A DNA stretch of 64,000 nt from assembly GCA_963743885.1 (NCBI GenBank), contig CAVURJ010000001.1, positions 438,321 through 502,320 of the forward strand. Reading direction: 5' to 3'. Shown here in pieces: positions 58,138-64,000 of this stretch (positions within the stretch are counted from its first letter, which is position 1; every line of letters starts with the position of its first letter). The notes beneath the pieces were generated by a model. It was not told where the DNA came from and made no database searches. It saw only the letters and a list, made by a program, of their open reading frames with translations. The stretch comes from Candidatus Moraniibacteriota bacterium (GTDB lineage Bacteria > Patescibacteriota > Minisyncoccia > Moranbacterales > UBA1568). The position numbers were made by a program, and so were the translations under genes.

Positions 58138-58446
58138 ATGGCAACAAAGCTGTACGTCGGAGGCGTCGCTTACGCGTCGACCGAAGACACACTCCGCGAT
58201 GCGTTCGCGCAGGCCGGTAGCGTCGTTTCTGCCAAGATCATCATCGACAAGATGACAGGCCGCTCACGCGGTTTCGCCTTCGTCGAGATGACCACAGAGG
58301 AAGATGCCCAGAAGGCAATCGACATGTGGAATGGCAAGGAACTCGACGGCCGCACGCTGACCGTCAATGAAGCTCGCCCGCTCGAGGATCGTCCTCCGCG
58401 CCAGGGTGGCTACAACAACGGTGGTCAGGGTGGCAATCGTTGGTAG
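58138..58446 (+). CDS. RRM RNA-binding protein
   Basis: RNP2 LYVGGV, RNP1 RGFAFVEM, Gly-rich tail. Confidence 0.95.
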   Translation: MATKLYVGGVAYASTEDTLRDAFAQAGSVVSAKIIIDKMTGRSRGFAFVEMTTEEDAQKAIDMWNGKELDGRTLTVNEARPLEDRPPRQGGYNNGGQGGNRW

Positions 58447-58555
58447 TATTTGGCAAAAAAGCAGTCCCGCAAGGGACTGCTTTTGTTTTGGTGAGGATGG
58501 ATCGGATTCCTTGATTTCGATAAAAAAAGCTGATAGCATGAAGCGTATGCATATT

Positions 58556-58609
58556 GGAAAGGTGGCCCCAGCCCAAGGCTGGTCCGTCTTGGGCGGAGAG
58601 TGGCTGAAG
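58556..58609 (+). pseudogene. 5' fragment of tRNA-Ser(GCU) with a 30-bp double-hairpin insertion
   Basis: ggaaaggtggcc[ccagcccaaggctggtccgtcttgggcgga]gagtggctgaag vs ggaaaggtggccgagcggctgaag at 58882. Confidence 0.85.
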
Positions 58610-58617
58610 TACGGCTT

Positions 58618-58878
58618 ATGTATTACGTCTACATACTCTGGAGCGAGAGAAATGGGCGATTGTATAAAGGCGTGACAAATGACCTCAAAAGAAGATTGAA
58701 GGAGCATAATGGTGGATCAGTGCCATTTACAAAAAGCCTTATTCCGTGGAAACTGATATATTATGAGGTGTTTTCTGAAAAAGAAGATGCAACAAGGGAG
58801 GAGAAGTTTTTGAAGAGCGGAAAAGGACGAGAGCGAATTCAATGGTTATTGAGAGGTGTTTTGGAAAAATTTGGATAG
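58618..58878 (+). CDS. Small GIY-YIG nuclease
   Basis: YYVYIL...LYKGVTNDLKRRLKEHN...YYE...REEKFLKSGKGR. Confidence 0.93.
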   Translation: MYYVYILWSERNGRLYKGVTNDLKRRLKEHNGGSVPFTKSLIPWKLIYYEVFSEKEDATREEKFLKSGKGRERIQWLLRGVLEKFG

Positions 58879-58881
58879 TTT

Positions 58882-58972
58882 GGAAAGGTGGCCGAGCGGC
58901 TGAAGGCGGCGGATTGCTAATCCGTTATAGGGGGTTAAACCCCTATCGAGGGTTCGAATCCCTCCCTTTCCG
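58882..58972 (+). tRNA. tRNA-Ser(GCU)
   Basis: gcgga-ttGCTaa-tccgt arm; long variable arm. Confidence 0.95.
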
Positions 58973-59295
58973 CAGTGAACGGAGTGAACGAAGAAAAGGA
59001 GGAAGCCAACTGCTTGGCTTCCGAGAGGGATGAGAAAGACGGAGCGATGTTTCGCGAGCACGCGAAACCGCGAGTCGGGGTCGCGGAAATGTACGAGCGT
59101 CGGCGAGTACATTATCTGTGACCGAATCCTTTTTTGAACCGAAAGAATACAGGACCCCTGATGGGGTCCTGTATTCTTTTTGGTATGGGAATGGAAGGGA
59201 AGGATTCGAACGGGCAGGAACGATTCGCCAGCTGGCGGAGAAACTGGCGAGCGTCGATGGATGCGGGCGATCCTTCAAAAAAAGTAAGCGGGTAT

Positions 59296-60018
59296 TCAGC
59301 GAGCGATCACGATGCCGAAGACGGAGCGGGCGCCGGCCTTCCTGAGGACCTTGGCGCATTCTTCGAGTGTGGCGCCGGTCGTTGCGACATCGTCGATGAG
59401 CCAGACATTCTTATTCAGGATGTCTTTTTTCTTGCCTTGAGCGATGATGAAGGCGTCTTTCAGGTTGCGGAGACGTTTGGCGCGGGAGTCGGTCTTCATC
59501 TGCGGCCGGGTGTGGCGCTGTCTCAGGAGTAGATCTTCCGGTATCGGGATATCGAGTCCGGGTGCGAGGCAGTCGGCGAGATGGTGAGCGATGATGGTGG
59601 ATTGGTTGAAACCACGGAAGCGCAGGCGGCGGGGATGGAGCGGGATGGGGATGATGAGATCTGGTAGGAGGAGGCCGTTCCTATCGATGGCGTCGGCGAG
59701 GATATCGGTGAGCGGGAGAGCTGCGTCAGGCAGGAAGCGGTATTTGCACGTATGGATAGCGCGGGAGACGGCCGGGACGCGGTAGTAGGTCGCGGCGAAG
59801 AGTCCGGAGAGCGCGTGTTTTTCCGAACATGGGAGGCAGGTTTCTCCTGAAGGCGTGATGCGTTTCTGGCAGCTCGGGCAGCGCTGCTCGAGACGGAGCG
59901 GTATGCGTCTGCGGCAATTGTTGCAGATCCATGTGCCGGATGCTCCGCAGCCGAAGCAGAGGATAGGGAAGCAGAGATCGGCGATACGCTGGATGAGAGT
60001 GTGGAATCCGATAGACAT
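59296..60018 (-). CDS. comF: ComF family competence protein
   Basis: Double zinc ribbon; PIPLH...RGFNQ; LIDDVATTGATL. Confidence 0.93.
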   Translation of the reverse strand: MSIGFHTLIQRIADLCFPILCFGCGASGTWICNNCRRRIPLRLEQRCPSCQKRITPSGETCLPCSEKHALSGLFAATYYRVPAVSRAIHTCKYRFLPDAALPLTDILADAIDRNGLLLPDLIIPIPLHPRRLRFRGFNQSTIIAHHLADCLAPGLDIPIPEDLLLRQRHTRPQMKTDSRAKRLRNLKDAFIIAQGKKKDILNKNVWLIDDVATTGATLEECAKVLRKAGARSVFGIVIAR

Positions 60019-60115
60019 AGTGTCTTTCTTCGTACGGAGGACTTTGAATTTCTCCGTACGCTATGATATAGTAGAGCATATCAGGAGGGTAACATCGGAC
60101 ACAAATACACAGGCC

Positions 60116-61198
60116 ATGTTCGGATTCAAGAAACCGCATTTTCTCGGCATCGATTTCGGGACGTCTTCTATCAAGGCGGTCGAACTTTCGGTTGTCGATG
60201 GTAAGCTCGTGCTTTCAAATTATGCTATTACCGACCTTGCCGTATTGGAACAGGGGAAGCTTTCTGCTCCCGGGAGATCGTTTGATGAGGAGGTGCTGCT
60301 GTATCTGCGGGCGTTGCTTGCTAAAATGAAACCAGAGAGTAAGCGTGGATATGTCGCTATGCCCGCTTTTATCGGTCTTATTTCGCTTATCGAGTTTCCA
60401 GAAATGGAAGAGAATGAGCTACAAGAGGCTATCAAGTATGAGGCGCACAAGTATATTCCGTCGCCGCTCGATGAAGTAGCGGTCAGTTGGGAAGTTATCG
60501 GCAAGCATCTGGATGAGAAGGATGGGAAGCAGAAGATGGAAGTGCTTCTCGTAGCGGCGCTCAACAAGGAAGTCAGTCGTTACGAACGTTATATCGAATC
60601 AGCCAGACTTGATCTTGCCTTTCTCGAGCTCGAGACATTCTCTCTTGTTAGGGCACTGGTCGGCAAGCAGAACGGTCTTCGTATACTCATCGATATCGGA
60701 GCGCGCGCGACCAACCTCATCCTTATCAAGGATGGCGTTGTCCGGGCAAGCCGCAATCTCGATGTTGGCGGGCGTGATGTGACGCGCACGATCATGGAAA
60801 GCCTGGATATAACGCAGGAGCGTGCTGAAGCTCTCAAGAAGAGTGGAAAGGATTTTCTTAATAATCCGGAATCGGCCCTCATGTTTCCGTCGCTCGATAT
60901 GATTTCCGGCGAGGCTATGCGCATGATATCCGCTCATAAGGCTAGGCACCCGGACGATCATTTGGAGGAAATCGTTCTTTCAGGCGGCACTTCTAAGATG
61001 GTCGGCTTGAAGGAGCGTTATGCACAATCGATTGGTGTTCCGGTATCGATTGGTAATCCATGGGAACATATCGAGTATCCGCCAGAGCTTGCTCCGGCGA
61101 TCGGGCGTCTCGGAGGCGAGTTTTCGGTAGCTCTCGGTCTTGCGCTCTCAGGTGCTGACGGAGTTTTGAAGGAACCTGGGAGATATGGAAACACGTAA
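60116..61198 (+). CDS. pilM: Type IV pilus assembly protein PilM
   Basis: GIDFGTSSIKAVEL, IDIGA, LSGG, VALGLAL. Confidence 0.92.
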   Translation: MFGFKKPHFLGIDFGTSSIKAVELSVVDGKLVLSNYAITDLAVLEQGKLSAPGRSFDEEVLLYLRALLAKMKPESKRGYVAMPAFIGLISLIEFPEMEENELQEAIKYEAHKYIPSPLDEVAVSWEVIGKHLDEKDGKQKMEVLLVAALNKEVSRYERYIESARLDLAFLELETFSLVRALVGKQNGLRILIDIGARATNLILIKDGVVRASRNLDVGGRDVTRTIMESLDITQERAEALKKSGKDFLNNPESALMFPSLDMISGEAMRMISAHKARHPDDHLEEIVLSGGTSKMVGLKERYAQSIGVPVSIGNPWEHIEYPPELAPAIGRLGGEFSVALGLALSGADGVLKEPGRYGNT

Positions 61199-61218
61199 GT
61201 CATATAAATAATAAAGCA

Positions 61219-61788
61219 ATGGACGGAATAAATCTTTTTCAGGCCGCGCACGAGCGCAAGGGCGCTGGTGCTCCGAAATCTTTTCTTGATAAGGGGTTCG
61301 TGATAGCTGCTACTATATTTTTTTCAGTGGCAGCCGTCTGGGGAGGGCTTTTGCTGTATACCAACTCGGTTGATGGGAAAATAAATGCTATCAGTGCTTC
61401 CGTGCAGACGGGGCTTGGATCGATATCAGGGAAAAGCGCTGACCGTGTCGGTGATTTTTCCGACCGCCTTTCTTTGATGGAAGCAGCGGCAGTGAATGCG
61501 GTTGAGCCGGGGGATGTGTTGGATCAGCTTGGGCGTATGACTGTTCAGGGGGTTGTGTTGACAGATTATGAATACGACGTAGAACATAAGGCGATACGCC
61601 TCGAGGGAGAGACGGATAATTTTCGGTATATAGGGCAACAGATGTTTTCTATGAAGCTCTCTGGATCGTTCTCTAGTATCATCGTCAGCTCTATTGAGAA
61701 GAAGGAGACCGGACTGATCCAATTCGTGCTGAAGGCCGATATCGTTGCTGCGGCCAAGAGTTCAGTTGTTGGCAGTGTTTCGAAATAG
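61219..61788 (+). CDS. PilN-like protein
   Basis: INL motif, TM helix, position after pilM. Confidence 0.7.
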   Translation: MDGINLFQAAHERKGAGAPKSFLDKGFVIAATIFFSVAAVWGGLLLYTNSVDGKINAISASVQTGLGSISGKSADRVGDFSDRLSLMEAAAVNAVEPGDVLDQLGRMTVQGVVLTDYEYDVEHKAIRLEGETDNFRYIGQQMFSMKLSGSFSSIIVSSIEKKETGLIQFVLKADIVAAAKSSVVGSVSK

Positions 61789-61806
61789 TTAAATTACATC
61801 TTCATT

Positions 61807-62583
61807 ATGCATCTGAAAGTCTTTATTTTTCCAGCCATGGTGATCGCGGTTTTGGTCATGTCCATCGGCTTCATACGACCAGCTGTAGCCACTTTGAACG
61901 AGAAGAAAATCCAGCTTGCCATGAAGGAGGCCGAGCTCGGAAATCTGGATATGATCGTGGCTAATGTCACCGCATTGAACGGTTTCCTGGATAGTCGGCC
62001 GAAAACAGAGGCATTCGTGCATCAGTATCTTCCGGATGAGCTTGACCAGGAACGTGCCGTTGATACGTTCAATTTTCTCGCGTCCCGATCCGGACTTTCT
62101 ATTACGGATATGGATTTCAAAGATGTAAGCAACGTGATGCCTGTCGTGGCACCAGCTGAGGAACCGCTGGATGCCGGGGCGGTGGTGTCAGTGTTTTCTC
62201 GTCCGGTTGTCAGAAAATACACGGCGACGGTGACGGTGCGCGGATCATATGAGAGCATCCGGGCTTTTTTCGATCGAGTCGCCCACTCTGATAGGCTTAA
62301 GGAGGTTTCTTTGCTGGAAATTAAGCGTGATGAAGATCAATCCGAAGAGGGAGTCGGTGGAGATACCGACGTGGATGAGAGCACACAGGCATTGCTCGGA
62401 ACATTCTCTGCGGAGTTCAGTTATTTTCCACAGAGGCCGGTCGTGTCCGGTGTTTCGACCCCGGCATTCCAGAAATCGATGTTTGATACGACAGTCGCTG
62501 ACAATGCTGCAAGCATTGTGTCGGATCCTATACCGCAGCTTGACGTATCGTTGGCTGGGCGCGCCAATCCTTTTCAGCGGTGA
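61807..62583 (+). CDS. PilO-like protein
   Basis: N-terminal TM; VRGSYESIRAFF; GRANPF; operon position. Confidence 0.7.
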   Translation: MHLKVFIFPAMVIAVLVMSIGFIRPAVATLNEKKIQLAMKEAELGNLDMIVANVTALNGFLDSRPKTEAFVHQYLPDELDQERAVDTFNFLASRSGLSITDMDFKDVSNVMPVVAPAEEPLDAGAVVSVFSRPVVRKYTATVTVRGSYESIRAFFDRVAHSDRLKEVSLLEIKRDEDQSEEGVGGDTDVDESTQALLGTFSAEFSYFPQRPVVSGVSTPAFQKSMFDTTVADNAASIVSDPIPQLDVSLAGRANPFQR

Positions 62584-62605
62584 AAGATAACGAAGAATAT
62601 ACGAT

Positions 62606-64000
62606 ATGTCAGAGGAGATGACCAGATCCAAAAAGGCATCGTTACCTACCTTGCGCGGGTCTTCATCTGCGGCGGCGCATGCCAAGGAGCTCGGCGTGCC
62701 GCTGCTTGAGAGTATGCCGAGGGATATTGACAAGCTGGTTGTTGATATTATCCCGGAGGAAGTGGCGAGAAGGTACGCCATGGTGGCTTTCCGTAAGGAT
62801 GAAAGCTCATTGCATGTCGCCATGGTCGACCCTCAGGATTTTGAGGCGCTCAATATGCTCCGTTTTCTGGCTGAGAAGGAGCATCTTGGCATCGAGGTTT
62901 ATATGGCTTCTCGCGAGATATTCGACGAGATAGCCAAGCTGTATACCGGAACAGATGCTGCCTTAAAAGAAGCGATTTTGTCACTGAAGAAGGATGATGA
63001 TATCGTCGAAGTCAAGGATGTTGCGGGTGGCTCGAAGGAGAGTGTTGCCACGGAACTTTTTCAGGACGCTCCAATCGCTAAATTCGTCGAAGTTATCGTG
63101 AAGCATGCTATAGAGAATCGGGCGAGCGATATTCACATCGAACCGATTGATGGAGGGTATAGGGTCCGGTTTCGCGTCGATGGACTACTCCGCGCCCAGC
63201 TGGTTTTTCCGAGTGAGGTCGGACGAGCGGTCATCTCGCGCATCAAGATCCTTTCCAATCTTAAAATAGACGAGAAACGCAAGCCGCAAGATGGACGGTT
63301 CCATTTTGATGGTGACCGCATCTCTGTTGACCTTCGCGTTTCGAGCTTGCCGGTTATCGATGGGGAGAAGATAGTGATCCGCGTATTGGATAAGGGATCG
63401 AATGTGAGTGATCTGGAGAAATTGGGGCTGTGGGGACGTAATCGGAATATTCTGGAAACCAGGATTCGCGAACCGTTCGGCATCATCCTCATTACTGGTC
63501 CGACTGGGTCAGGAAAATCGACGACGCTGTACGCTTTTCTTCAGATTCTGAATCAGGAGGAGCGCAACATCATTACGCTTGAGGATCCGGTGGAATATTT
63601 CGTCGAAGGGATCAATCAGAGCCAGATCCGTCCGGAAATCGGCTATACGTTCGCAAACGGCCTCCGATCGATCCTGCGTCAGGATCCGAATGTCATCATG
63701 GTTGGTGAAATCCGCGATGATGAGACGGCTGAACTCGCTATCCATGCAGCGCTTACCGGACACCTCGTGCTTTCGACGCTTCATACCAATGATGCGGCCG
63801 GTTCGATTCCAAGACTGGTCGATATGAATATCGAGCCGTTCCTGCTCGCTTCATCGCTGCAGGCCGTAGCGGCTCAGCGTCTGGTGCGACGCATCTGCGA
63901 TCATTGCAAGGAAGTGTTCCCACTGACGAAGCTGCAGGAAGAGCGTTTAGCAGGGATTTTTCAGGAAATAGCGCCGGAAGAAGTGAGGGCGTATAAGCTT
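62606..64000 (+). CDS. pilB: PilB/GspE assembly ATPase, runs off the window
   Basis: ASDIHIEP, RFRVDG, GPTGSGKST, LRQDPNVIMVGEIRD, GHLVLSTLHTND. Confidence 0.93.
   Translation, partial: MSEEMTRSKKASLPTLRGSSSAAAHAKELGVPLLESMPRDIDKLVVDIIPEEVARRYAMVAFRKDESSLHVAMVDPQDFEALNMLRFLAEKEHLGIEVYMASREIFDEIAKLYTGTDAALKEAILSLKKDDDIVEVKDVAGGSKESVATELFQDAPIAKFVEVIVKHAIENRASDIHIEPIDGGYRVRFRVDGLLRAQLVFPSEVGRAVISRIKILSNLKIDEKRKPQDGRFHFDGDRISVDLRVSSLPVIDGEKIVIRVLDKGSNVSDLEKLGLWGRNRNILETRIREPFGIILITGPTGSGKSTTLYAFLQILNQEERNIITLEDPVEYFVEGINQSQIRPEIGYTFANGLRSILRQDPNVIMVGEIRDDETAELAIHAALTGHLVLSTLHTNDAAGSIPRLVDMNIEPFLLASSLQAVAAQRLVRRICDHCKEVFPLTKLQEERLAGIFQEIAPEEVRAYKL

Overview
Bacterial chromosomal window using genetic code 11 (TGA is a stop). 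Gene content, absent Shine-Dalgarno motifs on core genes and tRNA-Arg(GCG) point to Patescibacteria/CPR, Parcubacteria-like (inference). Bases 1-16.9 kb form an AT-rich accessory island: an SF1 helicase-nuclease, a thermonuclease, an OLD-family nuclease followed by two HEPN-like ORFs, and six zinc-ribbon/TM/variable-ectodomain genes bracketed by a 58-bp direct repeat. The GC-richer remainder carries lexA, an ECF sigma factor with a MacAB-like exporter, valS, tsaD, recG, comF, pilMNO-pilB, nine tRNAs and a candidate 6S-like RNA. Many orphan ORFs sit between these genes, each with its own consensus promoter, strong RBS and terminator. The most unusual signal is around the tRNAs. Several intact tRNAs have a degenerate partial copy beside them, interrupted by short CCYGCC...GGCRGG palindromes, and in one case a small GIY-YIG nuclease gene lies between the broken copy and the intact tRNA. 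Related palindromes and 7-bp repeats also sit in-frame inside tsaD and valS. A PaaX/Cas2-fold gene is flanked by identical 38-bp palindromic repeats. All calls come from reading the sequence; no searches were run.
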